From the IMG/VR virus record IMGVR_UViG_2713896896_000010, positions 1 to 33,014 of that record: a DNA stretch of 33,014 nt; one strand, given 5' to 3'. Position numbers and translations under genes: made by a program. Below the pieces are notes generated by a model, which was not told the DNA's origin, ran no database searches, and worked only from the letters and a program-made list of their open reading frames with translations. Below are positions 1-8,385 of the stretch, one piece after another (the first letter of the stretch is position 1; the number at the start of each line of letters is the position of its first letter). The stretch is from a virus. Taxonomy: Duplodnaviria; Heunggongvirae; Uroviricota; Caudoviricetes.

Positions 1-270
1 ATGCAGTTGTTGAGACAAGATCTAACCGACCTGTTTGTTCGTCGCGGTCATGACTGGTCAGCAATGGCGATTCAAACGGCATTAAAAAATAAAGGGATTG
101 ATTTACCCACGCTGGAAAAAGCGCAGGGATTAAAACCCGGCTCCATGCGGAATGTGTTTTATCGACCATGTTCCAAATACGAACAGGTAATTGCCCAAGC
201 TGTAGGCGTAACGCCTGATGTGATTTGGCCAAGTCGCTATTTGCATGAGACATCGCAAATAGCGGTGTAA
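1..270 (+). CDS. ner: Ner/Nlp-family DNA-binding regulator (Mu Ner-like)
   Basis: ORF starts at an ATG at position 1. The C-terminal motif ...PDVIWPSRY matches the Ner/Nlp signature as I remember it. It sits immediately upstream of the MuA-like gene, as in Mu. The true start could lie upstream of the window. Confidence 0.75.
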   Translation: MQLLRQDLTDLFVRRGHDWSAMAIQTALKNKGIDLPTLEKAQGLKPGSMRNVFYRPCSKYEQVIAQAVGVTPDVIWPSRYLHETSQIAV

Positions 271-279
271 GGTGGAATC

Positions 280-2322
280 GTGTGGTTTGTAGTGCGGGAT
301 TGCCTGGGATTATCCGGTTTTCCATCGGCAGAAAAAAACATCCGGGCACGTCTGGATCGTCTTGCTGAAAATAACCCGGAATGGAAGCGCAAGCGTGAAG
401 GCACCAAAGCATTCGAGTATCACATCGACTGCCTGCCCGCTGAAGCGCAGAAAGTTTTACGTAAGCGCCTGACTCATCAGGTCCTGGAAGATGCGCAACT
501 GCCCGTCGTGGTTGAGCAGAAGGCAGTTAAAAACGTCGCCGTTCGCGATGAACTTGAAGTGATGGTCAAATGCCCGGAGCTGGCATTACGCGAAGTTCAG
601 GCACTGACTGACAAGCAAAAGGCCATCGCTGATGCGCGGATATTACTGGCTACCGAAGTGCATAAACTGCGTGAATATGCCGGAATGACCAGGAAGGCTG
701 CGTTAAAGCACATCGTTGATGGTGTGCGCATGGGGGCGTTACCTGACCGCATTATTGAGGCGGCAAATACCGCAAATGCACGTCAGGGAAAGCGAAGCGG
801 TGTCAGCACCGGCAGCCTGGACACCTGGTACTCCAGCTGGGTGATGGCGCGCGGTGACGCCAATCAGTTACTGGCGTTACTGGCTCCCGGTCATCATAAG
901 GGTACACCGTGGGAGCAGGTCTGGTGGTTGAGCGATTTCTTTATGTTCTATCGCTCATGGAAGCGCCCGACCGTTGAATATGCGTATCGCGAGTTTTCAG
1001 CCTGGTGGCATGAGAAGCACGCGAACGATGCGGGAATGCTGGCAGCACTGCCTTCAGTTCACGCAGTAAGACGGGTGTTAAGCAGCGTCCCGGTGATTGT
1101 TAAGGAGCGTTTCCGCTCCACCGGTTCAGCCTGGCGTTCGCTTAATCCCTTTGTGCGGCGCGACTGGACATCATTACCGGTTAATGCGGTATGGGTTGGG
1201 GATGGTCACTGTATGAAAATGACCGCGTTTAACCCCCTGACCGGTAATATTTTCCGGCCAGAAGTGACGCTGGTTATGGATGCGGGGCAACGCTTTGTTG
1301 TTGGCTGGTCGCTGTCCCTGTCGGAGAACGTGATAGCCGTTGCTGATGCGTTACGTTACGGCATGGCGCAGCACGGGATACCGCTGATTTATTACTCCGA
1401 TAACGGGGGCGGCGAAAAAAACCGGGTGCTTGATGCCGATATTACCGGGATTCTGCCCCGGCTGGGTGTGGAGCATCACACGGGGATACCCGGTAACCCG
1501 CAGGGGCGCGGGGTAATAGAACGGGCAAACAAAGGAATACCCAAAGACGTGGCACTGAGTTTCCAGACGTACTGCGCAAAGGATGCAGACAAGGAAACCG
1601 TAATGATACAGCAACGGATTATGCAGTCAGCCATTAAGGCCACCCACAAAGGGAAAGAGCTGACAAAACGGCAGGTTAAGGCAAGGGATGAAATCCCCAC
1701 CTTTGAGCAACTGATGGCAGCCATAGAGCTGGAGGTCAGACGCTATAACAACCGGCCACACAGCAGCCTTCCCCGCAAAGAGGATGGCGAGCATTACAGC
1801 CCGGCAGCGTATCGCCGGAAACTGATAAAAGAGCAGAATGTTGAAATTGATTTCCTGTCGCCGGAAGAACTGCATGAAATGTTCAGGCCGGAAGTGACGC
1901 GCAAAACATTTCGCGGGGAAATTCAGTTATTCAACAATATTTATTACTCGTATGAGCTGGCCGCAGAGCACGGGAATGAAGTCAGGGTCAGTTACGATAT
2001 TCATGATGCAAACAGTGTCATTGTCCGGCGGGCTGATGGCTCTTATATCTGTGATGCCATCTGGAACGGTAACAAGGTTGATGCCTTCGCTAAACCAGTT
2101 ATCGAACAAAAACTGGAGAAACGCGTCAGGGGCCGCATTGCACGGGCCACGCAGAAAATCGAAGAGGCTAAACGCGAGCTTACCCCGGCTATTACGCAGA
2201 AGCCTGACTTTAATCTGGGATATGGACTGGAACGCCCGGAGAAAAAGGAAAAAGAAGAACTTTATTTATTTGCATCTGAACGCGAACGCAATTTAAAGAA
2301 AAACGGCACAAACAACCGTTAA
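280..2322 (+). CDS. Mu-type DDE transposase (MuA-like)
   Basis: 680-aa ORF with a GTG start, positioned between ner-like and the MuB-like ATPase. Size and position match MuA (663 aa in Mu). DDE residues were not mapped rigorously. Confidence 0.85.
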   Translation: MWFVVRDCLGLSGFPSAEKNIRARLDRLAENNPEWKRKREGTKAFEYHIDCLPAEAQKVLRKRLTHQVLEDAQLPVVVEQKAVKNVAVRDELEVMVKCPELALREVQALTDKQKAIADARILLATEVHKLREYAGMTRKAALKHIVDGVRMGALPDRIIEAANTANARQGKRSGVSTGSLDTWYSSWVMARGDANQLLALLAPGHHKGTPWEQVWWLSDFFMFYRSWKRPTVEYAYREFSAWWHEKHANDAGMLAALPSVHAVRRVLSSVPVIVKERFRSTGSAWRSLNPFVRRDWTSLPVNAVWVGDGHCMKMTAFNPLTGNIFRPEVTLVMDAGQRFVVGWSLSLSENVIAVADALRYGMAQHGIPLIYYSDNGGGEKNRVLDADITGILPRLGVEHHTGIPGNPQGRGVIERANKGIPKDVALSFQTYCAKDADKETVMIQQRIMQSAIKATHKGKELTKRQVKARDEIPTFEQLMAAIELEVRRYNNRPHSSLPRKEDGEHYSPAAYRRKLIKEQNVEIDFLSPEELHEMFRPEVTRKTFRGEIQLFNNIYYSYELAAEHGNEVRVSYDIHDANSVIVRRADGSYICDAIWNGNKVDAFAKPVIEQKLEKRVRGRIARATQKIEEAKRELTPAITQKPDFNLGYGLERPEKKEKEELYLFASERERNLKKNGTNNR

Positions 2323-2340
2323 TTTAAAAGGTATTTAATT

Positions 2341-3234
2341 ATGAGTTTAATTACGCAATTAAATGACGTAATGGCCCGTCGCGGCTATACGCAGACCCAC
2401 GTCGCCCGTGCTATTGGTCGTAGTAGCGCCGTTATCAACCAGTATTTACAGGGTAAATATCAGGGCGATATGGCTGATATTGAAGAACGCATTTCTGCCT
2501 TTGTGACCCGTGAGCGGGAAAAAGAAAACAGCCGCCGTATTAAAGCGAAATTTGTTGCCACCGGTATGGCTGCCAAAGGACTGGAGGTGCTGGCCTATGC
2601 TCACCTGGAATGTGAAATCTGCGTACTGTATGGCGCGGCAGGTCTTGGCAAAACAATGATTCTGCGTGAATACGCCGCCAGAAACCGGGATGCGGTCCTG
2701 ATTGAGGCCGATCCGGGCTATACAGCCAGGACACTGCTTGAGGAGCTGTGCCGCCAGTTGGGGGTAAAAGTTCGCGGCAATATCCACGAACTGATTGATG
2801 CATGTGTGCGAGAACTGCGTGATTCCGGTCGCCTGCTGATGGTGGACGAGGCTGAACTGCTCCCCTATCGCGCACTGGAGGTTCTGCGCCGTCTGCATGA
2901 CAAAGCGGGTATCGGGATTGTCCTGGCGGGTATGCCACGCCTTCTGATTAACCTCAAGGGACGTCGCGGTGAGTTCGCCCAGTTATACAGCCGTGTGGCG
3001 CTGGCGCTTAACCTGGGCGATACGCTGTCGCAGGAAGATTTTAACCAGATAGCTACCGGGCTGATGCCGGAAGCAGCAGAACCGGAAATCAGCGAGGCGC
3101 TCTACGCACGCTCGCTGGGTAATGCCCGCCGCCTGTTCAAACTGGCGCGCGGTGTGTACCGGATTTGTGATATCAGCGATGCACCGGTCAGCGTGCAGGC
3201 CATTGATAAATTCGCAGAAATGTTAATTCACTGA
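2341..3234 (+). CDS. Transposition target-DNA activator ATPase (MuB-like, AAA+)
   Basis: 297-aa ORF with a Walker A motif (GAAGLGKT) and a Walker B-like motif (LLMVDEAE), directly downstream of the transposase. Confidence 0.85.
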   Translation: MSLITQLNDVMARRGYTQTHVARAIGRSSAVINQYLQGKYQGDMADIEERISAFVTREREKENSRRIKAKFVATGMAAKGLEVLAYAHLECEICVLYGAAGLGKTMILREYAARNRDAVLIEADPGYTARTLLEELCRQLGVKVRGNIHELIDACVRELRDSGRLLMVDEAELLPYRALEVLRRLHDKAGIGIVLAGMPRLLINLKGRRGEFAQLYSRVALALNLGDTLSQEDFNQIATGLMPEAAEPEISEALYARSLGNARRLFKLARGVYRICDISDAPVSVQAIDKFAEMLIH

Positions 3235-3473
3235 TGGAGAACAAGACGATGGACAAGCAGACCATTAACGCCGTCCGTTCCCGTGCCCGTGTGGCCATCC
3301 ACACCACTGGTGGTCGTGTAACGGGACAACATCACCGTTTACCTGTGGTTTATGCCTGCCCGCCCGTGGGTGGTCCTGTATGGCCGGTAACGGAAATCAT
3401 CCAGACATTCAGCGGCCTGCGCCGCGTGGTGAAAACATCCTGTATCGACGGCTGCACCGTCGTATGGCAATGA
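3234..3473 (+). CDS. Hypothetical small protein
   Basis: 79-aa ORF whose ATG overlaps the MuB stop (TGATG), suggesting translational coupling. No recognisable motif. Confidence 0.5.
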   Translation: MENKTMDKQTINAVRSRARVAIHTTGGRVTGQHHRLPVVYACPPVGGPVWPVTEIIQTFSGLRRVVKTSCIDGCTVVWQ

Positions 3474-3485
3474 GAGGAAATCAGA

Positions 3486-3701
3486 ATGGCGGTTAAGTTA
3501 GAAGTAATCATCTATACCGATGAAAATAGCACGCTTCGTGTCAGGAGTATGGGGGCTGTTGATAAAAAAGGATTTACGGATGAAGAGGTCGGAGTAAGAC
3601 AACGGTTATGGGAGGTAATAAATCAAACTCTTAATAAAGAATTTGACGGCGTTGATTTATTTTCTGTTGGCGTGGAACCCTGCGCGCATAACACACATTA
3701 A
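3486..3701 (+). CDS. Hypothetical small protein (AT-rich)
   Basis: 71-aa ORF, visibly AT-richer than its neighbours by eye. Confidence 0.5.
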   Translation: MAVKLEVIIYTDENSTLRVRSMGAVDKKGFTDEEVGVRQRLWEVINQTLNKEFDGVDLFSVGVEPCAHNTH

Positions 3702-3730
3702 TCTGTAAATATCACTGAGGTAATTTAATC

Positions 3731-4375
3731 ATGACGACTGAAAATAAAGTTAAGCAATACACGAAAACTCAAGCGCCTGAAGGTTACTGGGTGGATGCCC
3801 GTGGCGTAATGACACCTGAAAGCCTTATCAAAGATATTGACCGCGACCGCGAGCAGCTGGTCGGTGAGCTTGTGGAGATGGTGATTGCTGCCTCCGCCTC
3901 ACTGCGGGAACTGAAACTACGTGCCTTTGGCGATATTCAGGCATTTATTGACCTGTCGGCGGAGAAATACGGCGCTGTGAAAGGCGGTAAAAAAGGGAAT
4001 ATCACGCTTTACAGCTTTGACGGGCGTTACAAGATTCAGCGCGCCATGCAGGACCGTATCGCGTTTGATGAACGCATTCAGACCGCGAAGTCGCTGATTG
4101 ATGACTGCCTGGCTGACTGGACGGAAGGCGCACGCCCTGAAATCAAAGCGATTATCAGCGAGGCATTCAGCACGGACAAGGAAGGTAACATTAACACCGG
4201 GCGCGTTCTGGCCCTGCGTCGCCTCGAGATTGAGGACGAACGCTGGAATAACGCCATGACGCTGATTGGTGAAGCCGTCCAGGTGATTGGCAGCAAGAGC
4301 TATATCCGCGTGTATGAGCGCGTCGGCGATTCTGACGAATATCGCGCAATCCCGCTTGATATTGCAGGGGTTTAA
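3731..4375 (+). CDS. Early-region protein, DUF3164-like (assignment from memory)
   Basis: 214-aa ORF. It sits where Mu-like phages carry gam or other semi-essential early genes. It does not resemble Mu Gam as I recall it. Confidence 0.7.
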   Translation: MTTENKVKQYTKTQAPEGYWVDARGVMTPESLIKDIDRDREQLVGELVEMVIAASASLRELKLRAFGDIQAFIDLSAEKYGAVKGGKKGNITLYSFDGRYKIQRAMQDRIAFDERIQTAKSLIDDCLADWTEGARPEIKAIISEAFSTDKEGNINTGRVLALRRLEIEDERWNNAMTLIGEAVQVIGSKSYIRVYERVGDSDEYRAIPLDIAGV

Positions 4376-4376
4376 C

Positions 4377-4610
4377 ATGCAACAAAATATCAAAGAGAAC
4401 AGAGCCGGGAACCGTTGCGCGGCGTATTCACTGGGAGCGTCAAGAGCTGAACAGCGCGGTGATTATGACGAGGCGGAAAAACTGTGGCGCAAGGCAGCGC
4501 AAAGCCCGTGTAGCACCCTGCGCCGCATCTGGGCTGAACATCGTGCGGAGTTCTGCGCTAACGCTCACCTGAAGGGATGGAGGCCACGCCATGAATGCGA
4601 AGAACTTTAA
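4377..4610 (+). CDS. Small protein, possibly an ANR-like regulator
   Basis: 77 aa from an internal ATG that overlaps the upstream stop. The pattern YSLGASRAEQRGDYDEAEKLWRKA...RIWAEHRAEFC resembles ANR-family small regulators. Weak, memory-based. Confidence 0.45.
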   Translation: MQQNIKENRAGNRCAAYSLGASRAEQRGDYDEAEKLWRKAAQSPCSTLRRIWAEHRAEFCANAHLKGWRPRHECEEL

Positions 4611-4782
4611 TAAGTTATATCCGCCTGGTACTCGTTTCATGCACATTGCACATCAGGCGGTGCGTGGCGGGCGGGTGGTAAAAACTGTTGCACCGGCCAG
4701 AGATTTTAAATGTGGTTGTGTGGTTGAAATTAATGTCGAGCCTTATTTCGTAAAAGTCGAAACGCTGAAAGCAGCACATTAA
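4591..4782 (+). CDS. Hypothetical small protein
   Basis: 63-aa ORF overlapping the end of the previous ORF. Confidence 0.4.
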   Translation: MNAKNFNKLYPPGTRFMHIAHQAVRGGRVVKTVAPARDFKCGCVVEINVEPYFVKVETLKAAH

Positions 4783-4811
4783 TTTAATTCATTTTTAATT
4801 GTTATTTAAAA

Positions 4812-4845
4812 CAGGCGTAAACCCGTCGGGGCTGGCTTACGCCTG
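4812..4845 (+). other. Stem-loop (9-bp stem CAGGCGTAA/TTACGCCTG, 16-nt loop) in the intergenic region
   Basis: Inverted repeat read directly from the sequence. Preceded by an AT-rich tract, followed by a GGAG Shine-Dalgarno and the ATG at 4863. No U-run follows. Confidence 0.4.
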
Positions 4846-4862
4846 AATCTGGAGAATTAATT

Positions 4863-5579
4863 ATGGAAAATAAAAGCAAATATATTGCCAAAATAAAAAA
4901 ACTGTTACGCCTTGCCAGAGGGACATCAAGCCCGGAAGAAGCCGCTAACGCTATTGCAAAAGCCCAGGCTTATATGCGCCAGCATGGTATCAGCGAAAAC
5001 TGCGCTGAATTGTTCGACATTCAGGAAGCGGCAAGCTCGGGTGCGCCGAGTGATGCCAGTACGCCGCCGCGTTATATGCACGTTCTGTGTGGTCTGGTCT
5101 GCAATGCCTTTGGCGTTAAGTGTTATATCTCCGGTGAGTACCGGGCCTCTGGTTTACTCAAACGTTACGTGCGTTTTTATGGCCCTGACAGCCGACCGGA
5201 AATCGCGGCTTACGCGTTTGATGTGCTTTCCCGTCAGATGATGGCTGAACGCAAAAAATATCAGGATAAACACTGCAAGCGTTGCAAACCATCCACGCGG
5301 GTGGCCCGTGGCGACCAGTTTTGTGAAGGCTGGGTCTTCGGGGCACGAAAAGTGATTGCAGTGTATGACGTCTCGCCGGAAGAAAGAAACCTCCTTGAGC
5401 TTTACAGAAAGAACCTGCACAGCACTAAAGGGCTGCGCGACGGGGATATGCGCACAGCTAAAGCGTGCCGGGGTGCAGAGTTTGCCGCTACTGCCGGTTT
5501 CATCGCCGGGAAAAACGCCAGGCTGCATCAGGGGGTTAATGGTCAGAACAACAGACCGCTGGCACTGGGGAGGGTGTAA
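4863..5579 (+). CDS. DUF2786-like protein
   Basis: 238 aa. N-terminus KIKKLLRLARGTSSPEEAANAIAKAQAYMRQHGI matches the DUF2786 signature as I remember it. Function unknown. Confidence 0.7.
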   Translation: MENKSKYIAKIKKLLRLARGTSSPEEAANAIAKAQAYMRQHGISENCAELFDIQEAASSGAPSDASTPPRYMHVLCGLVCNAFGVKCYISGEYRASGLLKRYVRFYGPDSRPEIAAYAFDVLSRQMMAERKKYQDKHCKRCKPSTRVARGDQFCEGWVFGARKVIAVYDVSPEERNLLELYRKNLHSTKGLRDGDMRTAKACRGAEFAATAGFIAGKNARLHQGVNGQNNRPLALGRV

Positions 5580-5581
5580 CG

Positions 5582-5809
5582 ATGGCTTTTAAACTTCTCA
5601 GTGTTACCGAAGCAATATACCAGCCGCCAGGAGAACGCCACGAATACAGGATGAATGACGGTAGCGCGGCGGTTGAGTTCCCCGGATATCCGGGGGCTTC
5701 CCGGTGGCGATTCTATGACAGTGCGGGACGCCGGATTATTAAAAGAACCGTGCACAACGCCATGAAAGCCGCCGTAGAGCGTCATAAAAGGAGGTTTAAC
5801 TGCAAATGA
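5582..5809 (+). CDS. Hypothetical small protein
   Basis: 75-aa ORF in a tightly packed run of small early ORFs. Confidence 0.5.
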   Translation: MAFKLLSVTEAIYQPPGERHEYRMNDGSAAVEFPGYPGASRWRFYDSAGRRIIKRTVHNAMKAAVERHKRRFNCK

Positions 5810-6030
5810 ATATTGAATTTTATGACTACGGGGTCACCGCAAAAATCATTGTTACCTGCTGGTTCTGGGAGTTCCGTCGCTATTGCCGGGTTGTGGATGC
5901 GGCGCTGTTTGTGGCCCCTGAAGTGCACCATCAGAGCGGTGGTGGTCTTTTAATGAGAACCGTCATCACCGGTAAAACGGTCCCGATGTTACGGGCGTTT
6001 AAAGTGGCAAAACAGGAGGCGGCGCAGTGA
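5806..6030 (+). CDS. Hypothetical small protein
   Basis: 74-aa ORF with an ATGA stop/start overlap with the upstream ORF. Confidence 0.5.
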   Translation: MNIEFYDYGVTAKIIVTCWFWEFRRYCRVVDAALFVAPEVHHQSGGGLLMRTVITGKTVPMLRAFKVAKQEAAQ

Positions 6031-6215
6031 ACCAGCAAACCAGAATAAGCGATAAGAGCCTGACCAGGCTGATTGCCGATGCTGACAGAATGCTTGGTAT
6101 GCGTTCTCCGGTTGTAGACAGCGAGTGGTGGACGCTCTTACGGCAGTCCCTGTTTGAACTTCAGGAGCGTCGCAGGGCTGATAGCGCAGAGCCAGTAGTA
6201 AATACAGGAGAATGA
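6027..6215 (+). CDS. Hypothetical small protein
   Basis: 62-aa ORF with an ATGA overlap with the upstream ORF. Confidence 0.5.
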   Translation: MNQQTRISDKSLTRLIADADRMLGMRSPVVDSEWWTLLRQSLFELQERRRADSAEPVVNTGE

Positions 6216-6219
6216 AACG

Positions 6220-6399
6220 ATGAAAAACCGTAAAGCAAAACTGCTTACAGCAAATCCCGGGCAGCTTATCCGCATCTCAAATCGACTTGTTGTTCGTTAT
6301 GCGCCTTCTGGCCTTGCCAGGTGGTTACCAACGCATTTTTACGGTGTCAGGCGACGTAGAAGTGCAGCCCAAAACCGCTGGAAAAATCACGGTATGTAA
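6220..6399 (+). CDS. Hypothetical small basic protein (59 aa, below the ORF-track cutoff)
   Basis: Read manually: ATG at 6220, stop at 6397-6399. Product MKNRKAKLL...RRRRSAAQNRWKNHGM is arginine/lysine-rich. It fills the gap between flanking genes. Confidence 0.3.
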   Translation: MKNRKAKLLTANPGQLIRISNRLVVRYAPSGLARWLPTHFYGVRRRRSAAQNRWKNHGM

Positions 6400-6411
6400 A
6401 GGAGGTACCAG

Positions 6412-6822
6412 GTGAAGAAAATGATTTTTGTGGCGGCATTGCTGACCATTACCCAACAGGCGCAGGCTTCAGCAGTTATTGTGGCATCTACCGCTGCGAC
6501 CACTGCTGCCGCAGCTGCTGCGAACTCTGCGAATATCGCAAACCAACAGGCACAGCGTGCTGCTAATGCATCAGCCAGTGCTCTCCCGGTTTCTGTTAAG
6601 GGCAGTAAGCAAAATCTGGGGTTCATAACATGCGGTAAGCGTTCTTCTGAAGCTGTAGGCTCACTGGGATGTACGGTATATGGCGATGGTGAGAGCAGAG
6701 AAATTCCATGGAAAACGTGGCCCGGATACGTTCTCGGCTCGAAGCTCCCGGCCAGCTATGAAGTAAACGCCGTATCGTTTGATCACTATAACAGCGTGGC
6801 AACTGTCTATTTTACATACTGA
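6412..6822 (+). CDS. Secreted protein with N-terminal signal peptide and Ala/Thr-rich linker
   Basis: GTG start 7 nt after an AGGAGG Shine-Dalgarno. Signal-like N-terminus MKKMIFVAALLTITQQAQA, then a low-complexity A/T/N/Q stretch and a Cys-containing C-terminal domain. Confidence 0.6.
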   Translation: MKKMIFVAALLTITQQAQASAVIVASTAATTAAAAAANSANIANQQAQRAANASASALPVSVKGSKQNLGFITCGKRSSEAVGSLGCTVYGDGESREIPWKTWPGYVLGSKLPASYEVNAVSFDHYNSVATVYFTY

Positions 6823-6921
6823 GGCTCGATATGGAATTTTCTGAATCACGGAGTAACAACTCGATGAAAACTATCACCGTAACGGTTGAAATCGACGTTC
6901 CTGATAACGCGGGGTGAAAAT

Positions 6922-7173
6922 ATGAGATGGGCTGACCTTTTTATTATCGCTCTGATTGTTACGGGGATTGCGCTTTGTGTGACAACTAACAAGGCTTCTG
7001 ATGATGCGGAAAATGGGCATTGCGTGGTAAAGAGAAATTTCATCAAAACCATTACGCATTGTGATGATGGAAGCGCCACCATGACCAGCGGGGATAAGTT
7101 TATTTATTGCTCTGCGGGGAAAAATGGCACGCCATCCTGTCATGAAGTGACGCTCGGTGATGGTGATAAATAA
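6922..7173 (+). CDS. Small membrane-anchored or secreted Cys-rich protein
   Basis: Internal ATG of track ORF 6886..7173. Hydrophobic N-terminus LFIIALIVTGIALCVTT followed by a region with at least five cysteines. AT-rich. Confidence 0.45.
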   Translation: MRWADLFIIALIVTGIALCVTTNKASDDAENGHCVVKRNFIKTITHCDDGSATMTSGDKFIYCSAGKNGTPSCHEVTLGDGDK

Positions 7174-7203
7174 TTCATCATATTGAGCAGATAATAATCA
7201 AGC

Positions 7204-7231
7204 GCAGACCAAAACATATGTTTTGGTCTGC
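7204..7231. repeat. 28-bp perfect palindrome GCAGACCAAAACAT|ATGTTTTGGTCTGC
   Basis: Read directly. The 10-mer TGTTTTGGTC from the right half recurs as a direct repeat at 7241..7250. Lies in the gap upstream of the 7254 ORF. Confidence 0.8.
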
Positions 7232-7253
7232 CAAAAGTAGTGTTTTGGTCATT

Positions 7254-7532
7254 ATGAAGATTGAACAAATCGGAATGGCAGCTTTCAGGCAACAGGCTGA
7301 AAGCGGTGGCGTGGATGAGTTCGTCGTGCAGCGGTTCGGTGGTGTGTATCACCTCTTCGCTGTGAATCGCCGCGCCGGGGTGTCCTATTTTCTACAGGAA
7401 CGCCGTGGCGATTACAAGACGTGGTTGTCTCTTGACCGTGCCGCTGCGTTCTTGTCAGGGATTGGCGTTTCACGTTTTACCGTGCGTTTTGAGGATAACA
7501 AACATGCTGAAAAAGATGATCGGGGCCATTAA
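7254..7532 (+). CDS. Hypothetical protein upstream of gemA-like
   Basis: Internal ATG of track ORF 7218..7532. The 7218 ATG sits at the palindrome centre, so 7254 is preferred. Overlaps the gemA-like start. Confidence 0.4.
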   Translation: MKIEQIGMAAFRQQAESGGVDEFVVQRFGGVYHLFAVNRRAGVSYFLQERRGDYKTWLSLDRAAAFLSGIGVSRFTVRFEDNKHAEKDDRGH

Positions 7533-7902
7533 AGCTGGTCAGGCGTATCTGGGGTGGGATGATGCCCTTTATCGCCAGACGCTGGCCCGCCTGACCGGTA
7601 AAACCAGCACCACACGCTGCAATCTCGATGAACTGCGCATCATCCGGGAATACATGCACGAACAGGGATTCCCGCGCAAGGCACCCGCCGGTAAAGGTCG
7701 CCGCCCTCGTGTTGCAATGAGCAGAAAATCAGTATTATCCAAAATTGAAGCGTTGCTGGCTGATGCAGGTCGTTCCTGGGCGTATGCAGAAGGACTGGCA
7801 TCTCACATGTATAAGCAACATGTGATCGAATGGCTGACGGATGAACAGCTTTTTGGAGTGATGGTGGCGCTGGTTAAAGATTCAAGAAGGAGAAATCAAT
7901 GA
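7504..7902 (+). CDS. gemA: GemA-like regulatory protein (Mu gp16 family)
   Basis: Internal ATG of track ORF 7405..7902. N-terminal pattern KKMIGAIKAGQAYLGWDDALYRQTLARLTGKTS matches the GemA/DUF1018 signature as I recall it. Position upstream of mor-like matches Mu. Confidence 0.65.
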   Translation: MLKKMIGAIKAGQAYLGWDDALYRQTLARLTGKTSTTRCNLDELRIIREYMHEQGFPRKAPAGKGRRPRVAMSRKSVLSKIEALLADAGRSWAYAEGLASHMYKQHVIEWLTDEQLFGVMVALVKDSRRRNQ

Positions 7903-8375
7903 TGAAAAAATGGTTGTTTTGTTTAGTAGGGGTTATTTTCTCTTGTTCTGTGCTGGCACAGACAGAGGAACAGGCGCAAAAGGAACTGAAACGTTATCAG
8001 GATATGAAGCCATTGGCTGAACAGATGCTTCGGGAAAGTGGAAAACTTTATTACGCTATGCCAGAAGCTGCATCGCAGTATCAGCAGGGAAATATTGAAG
8101 AGTGGAAGAATATCAAAAAAGGACTAAAACAACTGGATGAACAGGCCAGTAAACTGGGGGACGACCCGCTTGATCCTGTGTATGGTTCCTGCATAAAAAT
8201 GAAAAACCAGCTACAGGATTACTGGTCTAACGTTATCAGGGATGACAGGCAGTTTCTGGAGCGTTCAAGAAATCAGTTTAAAGAATATCGTATGGATTGT
8301 TTTGATTCGTTTGTTTTTGGTAAAGAGCAAATAGAATCAAGAAAAGGCCTGGTTATTCTAGACCTGACTAAATAA
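7899..8375 (+). CDS. AT-rich cargo gene (moron): secreted or lipoprotein-like, helical
   Basis: 158 aa with signal-like N-terminus MMKKWLFCLVGVIFSCSVLA. Clearly AT-richer than flanking phage genes. Followed by a strong intrinsic terminator. Confidence 0.6.
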   Translation: MMKKWLFCLVGVIFSCSVLAQTEEQAQKELKRYQDMKPLAEQMLRESGKLYYAMPEAASQYQQGNIEEWKNIKKGLKQLDEQASKLGDDPLDPVYGSCIKMKNQLQDYWSNVIRDDRQFLERSRNQFKEYRMDCFDSFVFGKEQIESRKGLVILDLTK

Positions 8376-8385
8376 GACTTAGTTT

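Noticed and set aside
1952-2296. 114-aa + strand ORF in an alternative frame inside the transposase gene
   Set aside because: It is fully embedded in the MuA-like coding region and has no independent support.
3731-4375. Mu Gam (Ku-like end-binding protein) homologue
   Set aside because: The sequence does not resemble Mu Gam as I recall it. Assigned DUF3164-like instead, with low certainty.
7204-7231. The 28-bp palindrome as a rho-independent terminator
   Set aside because: There is no U-run on the + strand after the stem, and there are no minus-strand genes for the reverse orientation to terminate. A protein-binding site fits better.
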